A model generated the notes under the pieces. That model worked only from the letters and a program-made list of their open reading frames with translations. It was not told the DNA's origin and did not search any database. Positions 9,173 through 17,743 of a stretch of 37,231 nt of DNA are shown here, in pieces (the first letter of the stretch is position 1; every line of letters starts with the position of its first letter). The position numbers and the translations under genes were made by a program. Source of the DNA: an uncultured Chlorobiota bacterium (GTDB lineage: Bacteria > Bacteroidota > Bacteroidia > Bacteroidales > JAADGE01); contig CAMZKQ010000227.1 in the NCBI GenBank assembly GCA_947311265.1, forward strand, positions 1-37,231. The letters are read 5' to 3'.

Positions 9173-9646
9173 TTATTCATTGTGGTAAGGTTCGTTGTTG
9201 ATGATTGTAAATGCCCTATAGAGTTGCTCCATAAAAACAAGCCGGATTAGCTGGTGCGAATAAGTCATTTTAGATAAGGCAATTTTACCTTCTGCTCGGG
9301 CATATACATCGGCAGAAAAGCCAAATGCACCGCCCACTAAAAAACCAAGTTCCTTGGTTGAGCTTATCATTTTATTTTCTATAAATTTTGAAAATTGGAC
9401 TGACGAAAATGCTTTACCTCGCTCATCAAGCAAAAATAATTTGCATTGTTTTGGGATTTTAGCCAAAATCAGTTGCCCTTCTTTCTTTTTATATTCTTGT
9501 GCAGATAGTTTTTTCGTGTTTTTTAAACCCTGAATTATTAGCACCTTAAAGCGGATATATTTAGCAATTCGTTTTTCAAAAATCGCCATGCCTTGTTCGG
9601 CATACGAAAATGCAGTTTTTCCTGTAAGAAACAAAGTTATTGTCAT
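9173..9646 (-). CDS. rlmH: 23S rRNA (pseudouridine1915-N3)-methyltransferase RlmH (SPOUT family)
   Basis: 157 aa. The segment LVGGAFGFSADVYARAEGKIALSKMTYSHQLIRLVFMEQLYRAFTIINNEPYH matches the conserved RlmH C-terminal knot region. Confidence 0.9.
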   Translation of the reverse strand: MTITLFLTGKTAFSYAEQGMAIFEKRIAKYIRFKVLIIQGLKNTKKLSAQEYKKKEGQLILAKIPKQCKLFLLDERGKAFSSVQFSKFIENKMISSTKELGFLVGGAFGFSADVYARAEGKIALSKMTYSHQLIRLVFMEQLYRAFTIINNEPYHNE

Positions 9647-9946
9647 TATAAATATAGTGGGTTAGCCCTAATTATCTACTTTTCTATTGAAACTCAAAGG
9701 TACTGGAAAAAATGAAAAATAAAAAGTATTTTTTTTTCGGTTTACATACTGGAAAAAATAGCTTTAAAAATGTTCGTTATATTTTCCAAAAAATATAAAT
9801 AATATGGAAAAAATAAAGAACTAGCCTTTTTGCAAAAAGTGTCTGCGTTATTACTGGAGCAGTTTTTGTAAACTTAATAGTTGTAATGCCCTGCTAAATT
9901 TACTATTAAAGTAAACAACTAAGCAGAAATATCAAAATTACTAATA

Positions 9947-10348
9947 ATGAGAAACTTAATTATCATATTTACATTTTTATTTTTATCTATTTCCATGCCA
10001 TTAGTTTTTGGCAATTTGGCTATAGTAAAAGTAGAGAGTATTGAATCTGCATTTAAAAATGGCGATTCGAAACAGCTTGCAAGCTATTTTAATGCTAATG
10101 TAAAAATAGAGCTTCCGAGCCGTAGCAAGATATACAGTAGCCAGCAGGCTAAACTTATTCTAGAGCAGTTCTTTGCCAAGAATAAACCAATCGGTTTCAA
10201 AGTTCAAAACGAAAGGCAGTACAAAGGGACGAAAAAGGTAATAGGGCAATTGACTGCCGTTAGTCAGTCTTACCGAGTTGTTTATTCAGTGGATACTGAA
10301 AGGAATATTATAAATAGTATAAAATTAGAAAAACAGACACTTAAATAA
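9947..10348 (+). CDS. Small secreted protein, DUF4783-like
   Basis: Signal peptide, then ...AFKNGDSKQLASYFNANVKIELP...SSQQAKLILEQFF. This resembles the Bacteroidota DUF4783 family from memory. Confidence 0.6.
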   Translation: MRNLIIIFTFLFLSISMPLVFGNLAIVKVESIESAFKNGDSKQLASYFNANVKIELPSRSKIYSSQQAKLILEQFFAKNKPIGFKVQNERQYKGTKKVIGQLTAVSQSYRVVYSVDTERNIINSIKLEKQTLK

Positions 10349-10381
10349 ATTAGAGCAATCCCTTTGCTTAGTTGTCTATTT

Positions 10382-11686
10382 TCAGTGTTTTATATACACG
10401 TCCCTTTGTGGGAAAGGAATACTTATTTGGTTCTCTCTAAATTTTTCATCAATCATAAAACGCAAATCGCTTTGTATGGTGGGTACTTCAAAGTTTTTTC
10501 GGGTCCAGAAAAAGAGCTGAAAATCTAAGGAGGAGTTACCAAAGTTATTAAAGCGAACAAATGGCAGTGGTTTTTTAGAGACCTTAGAATGTGCTAAGGC
10601 ACATTCTAAAAGTGATGCCTTTACAAGCTGAATATCAGAGCCATATGCAACGCCAACATCTACTTTAAAGCGTGTATTTTCATCGTAGTTACTCATGTTT
10701 ATAACTGGCTCGGAAGTAAATTTGGAGTTGGGTATAATCATACGCACATGGTCTCGGGTGAGTATTGTTGTGGTTCTTATGCCCGATTTTACAACTTTCC
10801 CAACGACTCCTCCAACATCTACAACATCACTAACTTTGAGGGTGCGTTCAATCAGCAAGATGAAACCAGATGCAATATCGCTAAAGATTTTCTGAATCCC
10901 AGAACCTAATCCAACTAACAGGGCTGCTGAACCTGCCAATAATATAGATAGTTTAAATCCTGCACCTTCTAGGGTGGTAATAATGGCGAGTATCCAAAGG
11001 ATATATTTTGCCACTTGAAATAGGGCTGCACTTGTGCCTAAATCAAGGTGTTCTTTTTCAATTTGCCGCCGTAAGAATCGCTTAAGCCCCACCAAAACTA
11101 AGGCAGTTATTGCGATTACGGTGAACATATAAAAGAAGTCTGAAATAGTAACATCAACCTTTTTTATACGAAAGATGCTAAACTCTACCACTTTTTGGTA
11201 ATCGGCAAATATGGCACGGAGGGTAATTATAATAAAAATTAGCCAGCCTAGTAATATAAATACTAAAGGGGAGGCTTTTACATGATTGCCTCGCTCTTTG
11301 TTTTTCCCTACAAAAATAATTCTAATGTATTTTTCAAAAATTACTGCTGCGGCAAATGCTGCTCCTATGGTAAAAATATCAAAGGAGGTAATTTCAAACC
11401 CAAAGCCTTTAAAAAATTCAATATTCCAAAAATCAACTACAGAAAGTGAAAAAATAGCTATCCCGATTAACGACCACAAGAAAATTATAATATTGCTGTA
11501 CAGGAAATGTACAAACCCTTTATTTTCTTTGTTCTTTGTTAGTAGCCTGTAAATTATCTTTTTTGCACGCAACTGAAAATAAAATCCAAAAGCAATAGTT
11601 AGTAATAAAAGCCCTAATTCCATAAGGTTTATACTGATGTACTTATTTTCGATAAGGGATAGGTTTAAAAACTGAAAAAAGGTCAT
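10382..11686 (-). CDS. Mechanosensitive ion channel family protein (MscS-like)
   Basis: Multiple N-terminal TM helices, a pore helix and beta domain (GSGIQKIFSDIASGFILLIERTLKVSDVVDVGGVVGKVVKSGIRTTTILTRDHVRMIIPNSKF), and an MscS C-terminal domain. Confidence 0.85.
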   Translation of the reverse strand: MTFFQFLNLSLIENKYISINLMELGLLLLTIAFGFYFQLRAKKIIYRLLTKNKENKGFVHFLYSNIIIFLWSLIGIAIFSLSVVDFWNIEFFKGFGFEITSFDIFTIGAAFAAAVIFEKYIRIIFVGKNKERGNHVKASPLVFILLGWLIFIIITLRAIFADYQKVVEFSIFRIKKVDVTISDFFYMFTVIAITALVLVGLKRFLRRQIEKEHLDLGTSAALFQVAKYILWILAIITTLEGAGFKLSILLAGSAALLVGLGSGIQKIFSDIASGFILLIERTLKVSDVVDVGGVVGKVVKSGIRTTTILTRDHVRMIIPNSKFTSEPVINMSNYDENTRFKVDVGVAYGSDIQLVKASLLECALAHSKVSKKPLPFVRFNNFGNSSLDFQLFFWTRKNFEVPTIQSDLRFMIDEKFRENQISIPFPQRDVYIKH

Positions 11687-11800
11687 GACTATGATTTTAT
11701 TCGACTATTTTTGACATTTGAAAAGTACAATAAATATTATTCCTTGCAAAAAAAACGAGCTACTTTTACAGTAACTCGTTAAAATTAAGGGGTTACACCT

Positions 11801-13488
11801 TTAATTTTTTGCACTTTGTATCGACTGTGTTATATTAATAATGCTATCGCCTAGGGCTTCGCAAACGGAGTAGATTTCGGAATACACTAAGCCAACTTTA
11901 AATTTATATTTCTTCTCTTTGATGCTATTAAGGTGTTCTGAGCGGAGCTTGTTGCGCAACGTATTTATTTGTTTTCAATTTCGTGTGCTTCAACATCATT
12001 CACCTCGCTATATTCGTTGGAGAGGTTTTTATTCATTTCGATAAGTGCTTTATCTACCAGGGAAAACATTTTCTTTAAGTTCTCTTCAATTTCGGGGGTA
12101 AATTTAATTTTACCTGTAAATTTTTGCATATAAACACGCCCTAAGTTGTAGCAGGAGTCTGCAATACTTTCAATGTCATCAATTAATTCGAGCATAGCTC
12201 GAACTCTATGTGTGCCAAGCGTGCTTAATCTAGACTCCGAAACTTTGGTAAGGAACTCTGCAATTTCCTCTTCCATACGGTCAGAAATATCTTCGTATTT
12301 AGATATTTTTGCATACCATTTTTCAATTTCTTTTGAACTTTTTGTTTCGCTCATTTGCTTTACAAACTCGAACATACCCGATGCACGCAGCCCATAAACT
12401 GCAATTTCGTTTCTGGCTTGCAGAAGTGCAATTTCGGAAGTCGAAACCATGCCTGTACGGATATGTTGCAAGCGAAAATCCTCATCGGCATCTTTTTCAG
12501 GGACTAGTTTTGTAACCACCTTTACAATAAATGGGGCAAACCAAGCTAAAATAAGGACATTCATAACATTAAATGCAGTATGGAAAATAGATAATGCAAC
12601 TGGTACTGCAGCTTTTTCTAGTAATGGAGATTTGCCTTCCATTTCTACTACAATATTATCGATTAAATGTATTGTGGGGTAAAATAAAATAAGAATCCAG
12701 ATTACGCCAAAGAGATTAAATATAAGGTGTGCCCTAGCCGCTCGCTTGGCAGAAGTATTGGCCACTATGGCAGCTAAATTGGCAGTAATAGTTGTGCCGA
12801 TATTTTCGCCCAAAACCATGGCTGCCGCCATATCAAAGGGGATTAAGCCTTGCACACAAAGCACAAGTGTAAGTGCCATTGTTGCACTGGACGATTGTAT
12901 AACAACAGTAAGTACAGTACCCACCATCATAAATATGATAAGCGAGAAGTAACCCAAGTGAGTATAGTTACTTAAAAAATCAAGAATTTCTGGATTGTGT
13001 TTTATGTCGGGGACTGATTCTTTTAGGAATTGTAAGCCTATAAACAGGAGCGAAAAGCCAATAATAAATTCGCCCCACGATTTTCGCTTTGTGTTTTTTG
13101 AAAAAAGTAATGGAAAACCCAGCCCTATTATTGGCAAAGCCAAGGCACTCATTTTTACTTTAAAACCAAGTATTGATATTAGCCAAGCAGTAACTGTTGT
13201 ACCAATATTTGCCCCCATTATTACACCTACCGACTCTGTAAGCGAGAGCAAACCAGCATTTACAAAACTAACTACCATTACTGTGGTTGCAGATGAGGAC
13301 TGTATTACGGCAGTTATTAGCACCCCAGTAAAAATGCCCTTTACACGGTTCGATGTCATGGCAGCAAGAATACTACGCATTTTTTCGCCAGCCACTTTTT
13401 GTAGTGCCTCGCTCATTAATTTCATTCCGTATAGGAAAACTCCTAGTGAGCCAAGGAGCTTTAAAAAATCTGTAAATCCGTATTCCAT
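11801..13488 (-). pseudogene. Na+/phosphate cotransporter family protein (NptA/PhoU-domain type) with a 1-nt frameshift near its 3' end
   Basis: The duplicated QSSSATT motifs are present (VIQSSSATTVMV, VIQSSSATMALT). The ORF stops at 11965 (..HEIENK*). The expected PhoU-like C-terminus, INTLRNKLRSEHLNSIKEKKYKFKVGLVYSEIYSVCEALGDSIINITQSIQSAKN*, continues in the -1 frame down to 11801. The shift lies within 11965-11975, in the run aacaaataaa on the coding strand. Confidence 0.8.
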
Positions 13489-13821
13489 TTTACTTGCTCA
13501 ATACTATTAGTTAATAAAAATTTACTCTAAGTCTAAATTATTGTTATCACAAAACTAAAATTATTATCCCCTCTTTTTATAAAAAACAAGTTAAATTAAT
13601 GTTAAGGTTTTAAGCTATTTTTCACCCCTAAATTTAGGTCTTCTTTATTCTGTTTTTTTAGCTTAATGATAATCTCTACAGCTACTGTAGAAGATATAAA
13701 AGCAATGTTTTAGCCCTTCAATTTTCTCTGCCAAGTATAGAATAGCTCTATAAAAAGCAGTCTAAAATAAAAATCTATAGAAAGGCTTATAAAATTTGAT
13801 AAAAAAAGCTACATTTGTTAA

Positions 13822-14577
13822 ATGGAAGCATTGAGCAAAAATAAAGTTAAATTTATTAACTCCCTAAAAATAAAAAAATACAGAAGCAAAAACAACGCTT
13901 TTGTTGCCGAAGGGGAAAAAATAATTTTAGATATTATAAAATCAAATGCCCAATTATTAACCCTCCTTTCCTCCGATATTTCTTTTTTAGAATTAGCTAT
14001 ATTTAAAGGTGTAGAAAAATTTAAAATATCCGCACAAGAAATGAGAAAAATAAGTAGCTTAAAAACAGTAACTTCTAGCCTTGCCATTTTTCAAATGCCT
14101 GAAAAAATAGAATTTAGACCCACACAAAATAACTCAGCCACTATTTTTTGCGACGGTATTCAAAACCCCGGAAATTTGGGTACAATTATTCGTACTGCCG
14201 ACTGGTTCGGGATACAAAACATAGTCTGTAGCAATAAATCTGCCGATTTATACAACCCAAAAACCATACAATCTACAATGGGAGCAATTACTCGGGTAAA
14301 CATATCCTACCAAGATAGCAGCACTTTTTTTGAGCATTTGCAACAAGAAAACATAAGCTCCTTTGGAGCTTTTCTCTACGGAGAAACAATCTATGATATA
14401 AAATTCCCAAAATCGGCAGTACTAGTTATTGGCAACGAAGGAAAAGGCATATCAAAAGAAGTGGAGAAATATATTACTAAAAAAATAACAATTCCGAAAT
14501 TTGGAAATAAGGCAGAATCCTTAAACGCAGCCATAGCTGCAGGGATTATAATGTCGGAATACAAACGCCAATTTTAA
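13822..14577 (+). CDS. TrmH/SpoU-family RNA 2'-O-methyltransferase
   Basis: SPOUT motifs are present: NPGNLGTIIRTADWFG, VLVIGNEGKGIS and ESLNAAIAAGIIMSE. Confidence 0.85.
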   Translation: MEALSKNKVKFINSLKIKKYRSKNNAFVAEGEKIILDIIKSNAQLLTLLSSDISFLELAIFKGVEKFKISAQEMRKISSLKTVTSSLAIFQMPEKIEFRPTQNNSATIFCDGIQNPGNLGTIIRTADWFGIQNIVCSNKSADLYNPKTIQSTMGAITRVNISYQDSSTFFEHLQQENISSFGAFLYGETIYDIKFPKSAVLVIGNEGKGISKEVEKYITKKITIPKFGNKAESLNAAIAAGIIMSEYKRQF

Positions 14578-14616
14578 ATATACATTTACTTTTTAACCAG
14601 CTACAAAACCTCATTC

Positions 14617-15010
14617 ATGAAAAAACATATCCAAACAAATAGTAGTAACGCTCGTTTTAATAACCGCACTAGCCAGCTCTTGCAAATCGCCAGAACTGGT
14701 ATTTCCTATTGCCTCAAAGCAAATTGTAAAAGAGTACAAAAGCCACAAATGGCGGTCGAACCGGTGGTATAAAAATAAAGAACTAGAAATACAAGGTACG
14801 ATTAGCAATATTTACAAAAATAAACAAGGGCATTCTATCATTATCTTAGCAAAGCCAGAAGCCCCTTATGGCGTAAGCTGTACGGTAGAAAATCTAGAAA
14901 AACAAATAAAAAAGCCCTTGGTTAAAAACCAATTAATTACAGTACGAGGCATTTGCGTGGGCGTAGAAACCCACGTTGAACTAAAAAAATGTACGATTAT
15001 AAAAAAATAA
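14617..15010 (+). pseudogene. OB-fold (tRNA_anti-like) lipoprotein whose start codon is out of frame across an A6 tract
   Basis: The frame from 14621 to TAA at 15008-15010 encodes KNISKQIVVTLVLITALASSC (lipobox), then KSPE...ELEIQGTISNIYKNKQGHSIIILAK...ITVRGICVGVETHVELKKCTIIKK. It has no in-frame start. The only ATG (14617) is +1 out of frame and separated by aaaaaa (14620-14625). The locus is not in the ORF track. Confidence 0.6.
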
Positions 15011-15034
15011 GCACCTACAAAAAAGCCAATTATA

Positions 15035-16693
15035 ATGAAAAATATAACCCTACTAATAGCCAGCCTACTCCTTTTTTCCAACCTTAACTTTTCGCAAACC
15101 ACTAGAGGCGAAATTGCAATAGGAAATGGCAACCAACTTACCAGTTTGCCCATATATCCAGCATTTAATTTTTCGTACAGCCAAAGTATTTACCTGCAAT
15201 CCGAGCTTGGGGCAGCCAATACAATTTCAAAAATATGGTATCAATATGGAGGCATGCAGCTAGAAAACTCACGACAATGGACAATCTATATGGGGCATAC
15301 CCAAAAAACTCAATTCGATACCCAAAGCGATTGGATCGATGTAAACACCCTAACACCAGTATTTACAGGCACTTTCCCCAACCAACAAACAGCAGGCTGG
15401 ATAGAATTTGACATTTCAGACTTTAGCTACAACGGCAGCTCCAACCTAGTAATTGCAGTAGATGAGAATGCACCCAACGATGATTTTATTGCCGACAACT
15501 ATTTTATCTGCACCTCTCGCCCCTCCAACCGCAGCCTTTTAGATTATTCCGACTCCGACAATATTGACCCCGCCAGCCCACCAAGCAATTCCCTTTTAAA
15601 ATCCTCTACGCCTAATATAAAGCTATTTATGGGTGCTTACCCCCTTGTTGATACCCGAATTTCAGCACTAAGTTCCCCCACAGGTTATGCTTGGAGCTGG
15701 CTTGCAGGGGCGGAAGATATAACAATCCGACTAGAAAATAAAGGCCAAGTAAACCTCCTTTCCACTACCATAAACTGGTCGGTAAACGGCAACTCACAAA
15801 CGCCTTTCGAGTGGACAGGTAGCCTAGCACCAGAGGCCGCAGAAAATGTAACCATTGGCAATTTCGATTTTTCAGCTGCCAATAATTATACTATCCAAGC
15901 AGTATCTGTAAACAGCGAAGACGGCAACCCTGCCAACGATACCGCCACAACAATCTATAAAATCTTAAATGGTTTTACAACCAATTACAACGCTGGTTTC
16001 GAGGAGTTTACATTCCACTCTACACCTGAATTTTGGGAGTTAGAAACCCACTCCGTAGCATGGATGGTTGATGACCGGCTATCCCACTCGGGCGAAAACT
16101 GCTTACGCACTTTTTATAACGAAGATGCAACAACTGCTAAAGATGACTGGGCGTATTCCCCTTACATTAAGCTAGTTGGAGGAAGTAATTATTCTATTTC
16201 ATTTTGGCTAAGAGCCCTAGGTTATGATGGCGTACCAGAAGGACTCGAGTTTTTTGTCGGTAGCAGCCCAGCCTCTGCAAACATGACCAACAGCCTCTGG
16301 GCTGATGCCAATATTTCCACTACTGGCTGGGAACAAATTAGCACCAATTTTACCCCCACAGAAACAGGAAATTACATATTTGGCTGGCATGCCAATTCCA
16401 TTGCCAATGTCGATGATATATCAATCGACGATTTTTTAATCACAGGACAAACTGCCAAAACCGCATCGCTACCAGTATCAGAAATTAAAATTTACCCCAA
16501 CCCCACTTCAGAAAAAGTGCAAATACAGACTGCCACCCCTTGCCAACTTTCCATCACCAACCTTTTGGGGCAAGAGATTTATAAGGCTAAATTAGACAAC
16601 AAATTGTCAGTTATGTTAAAACAGCCGGGTGTATATCTTCTAAATTTCTCTACCCCAAATAGTGAAATTACAAAAAAACTGATTGTAAAATAA
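15035..16693 (+). CDS. Secreted T9SS cargo protein with a choice-of-anchor-J/MAM-like domain and a C-terminal sorting domain
   Basis: Signal peptide; the motif DDWAYSPYIKLVGGSNYSISFWLRA; and the C-terminus IKIYPNPTSEKVQIQT...GVYLLNFSTPNSEITKKLIVK, which is the T9SS type A CTD pattern. Confidence 0.85.
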   Translation: MKNITLLIASLLLFSNLNFSQTTRGEIAIGNGNQLTSLPIYPAFNFSYSQSIYLQSELGAANTISKIWYQYGGMQLENSRQWTIYMGHTQKTQFDTQSDWIDVNTLTPVFTGTFPNQQTAGWIEFDISDFSYNGSSNLVIAVDENAPNDDFIADNYFICTSRPSNRSLLDYSDSDNIDPASPPSNSLLKSSTPNIKLFMGAYPLVDTRISALSSPTGYAWSWLAGAEDITIRLENKGQVNLLSTTINWSVNGNSQTPFEWTGSLAPEAAENVTIGNFDFSAANNYTIQAVSVNSEDGNPANDTATTIYKILNGFTTNYNAGFEEFTFHSTPEFWELETHSVAWMVDDRLSHSGENCLRTFYNEDATTAKDDWAYSPYIKLVGGSNYSISFWLRALGYDGVPEGLEFFVGSSPASANMTNSLWADANISTTGWEQISTNFTPTETGNYIFGWHANSIANVDDISIDDFLITGQTAKTASLPVSEIKIYPNPTSEKVQIQTATPCQLSITNLLGQEIYKAKLDNKLSVMLKQPGVYLLNFSTPNSEITKKLIVK

Positions 16694-16752
16694 ACCGATT
16701 ATTATTTATCAAAAAAAGTAAAAAATAAATTTTAAGATGCGTATTTAAAAAC

Positions 16753-16760
16753 TATTTTTG
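16753..16760 (+). promoter_or_regulatory. -7 box candidate TATTTTTG
   Basis: Matches TAnnTTTG, 32 nt upstream of the prs ATG at 16792. Confidence 0.35.
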
Positions 16761-16791
16761 TGTTTTCAATCACAAACTTTTTTTCTGATAA

Positions 16792-17724
16792 ATGGAATAT
16801 AAAATGAAAGTGTTTTCAGGCTCGGCCTCTCGCTACCTTGCCGAAAAAATAGTTGAAAGCCAAGGCTTAAAACTGGGGAAATCATTCATGCAAACCTTTA
16901 GCGACGGCGAATTTCAGCCCGGCTACGAAGAAACCGTAAGAGGGAAATTTGTATTTATCGTACAATCCACTTTCACTCCTAGCGAAAACCTTTTTGAATT
17001 ACTAATGATGATTGATGCTGCTCGCCGAGCCTCAGCCTACAAAATTGTCGCAGTAATCCCTTATTTTGGCTTCGCTCGGCAAGACAGGTAAGACAAACCA
17101 AGGGTATCTATTGGGGCAAAACTAATTGCCAACTTACTCTCCGCCGCAGGGGTTTCCCGAATAATTACAATGGATTTACACGCCGACCAAATTCAAGGTT
17201 TTTTCGATGTCCCGGTGGATCATTTATACTCATCTTCTATTTTTGTACCCTACCTAAATGCCCTCAACTTAGACGATGTTATTATCGCCTCCCCAGATAC
17301 GGGTGGCACAAAAAGAGCAAATACCTACTCTAAATTTATGAAAACAGGCATGGTAATTTGCCATAAATCAAGAGAACAGGCCAACATTGTTAGCGAAATG
17401 ACCGTAATTGGCAATGTAAAAGGCAAAAATGTAATTATTATAGACGACCTTATTGATACCGCAGGTACAATTACAAAAGCCGCAGACATGATGATGCAAC
17501 AAGGTGCAAAAAGTGTACGTGCAGTAGCTACCCATGCAGTCCTATCGGGCCCAGCCTACGAGCGTATCGAGAAATCGGAAATTACAGAGCTAATTGTTAC
17601 CGACACCATTCCGCTAAAGCAAAAATCAGATAAAATTAAAGTGCTTTCTGTTGCCGAATTATTTGGCGATGTGATTACTAAAGTCCATAATTTCCAGTCC
17701 ATTAGCTCTAGTTTTATTGTTTAG
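16792..17724 (+). pseudogene. prs: Ribose-phosphate pyrophosphokinase (PRPP synthetase) interrupted by an in-frame TAA at 17089-17091
   Basis: ORFs 16792-17091 and 17170-17724 are in the same frame. Read-through gives [48 protein letters not shown], where homologues as I recall them have Lys or Arg at the stop position. The PRPP loop VIIIDDLIDTAGT is intact. Confidence 0.9.
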
Positions 17725-17743
17725 ATAACAAAAAAATAAACCT

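Noticed and set aside
9701-9759. 13-nt direct repeat TACTGGAAAAAAT (9701-9713 and 9747-9759) in the rlmH / DUF4783-like divergent spacer
   Set aside because: There are only two copies, the repeat is dominated by an A-run, and it has no inverted partner or similarity to other repeats. It could be an operator, but the evidence is too thin to report as a finding.
12995-13510. 171-aa + strand ORF, with similar long antisense ORFs at 34402-34986, 21527-22102, 17950-18378 and 19735-20127
   Set aside because: Each lies entirely inside, and antisense to, a strongly supported conserved gene (Na/Pi transporter, pfkA, apbC, mutS2). The translations are low-complexity with no motifs. These are typical shadow ORFs.
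13810-13817. TACATTTG -7-like box only 4 nt before the TrmH-family ATG, which would imply a leaderless mRNA
   Set aside because: A transcription start downstream of this box would fall at or after the ATG. The N-terminus from 13822 matches the family pattern, so the box is probably coincidental in AT-rich DNA.
14611-15153. Minus-strand ORFs 14611-14808 and 14866-15153
   Set aside because: They are antisense to the + strand lipoprotein frame, which has a lipobox and an OB-fold-like sequence, and to the start of the T9SS cargo gene. Their translations look random and hydrophobic.
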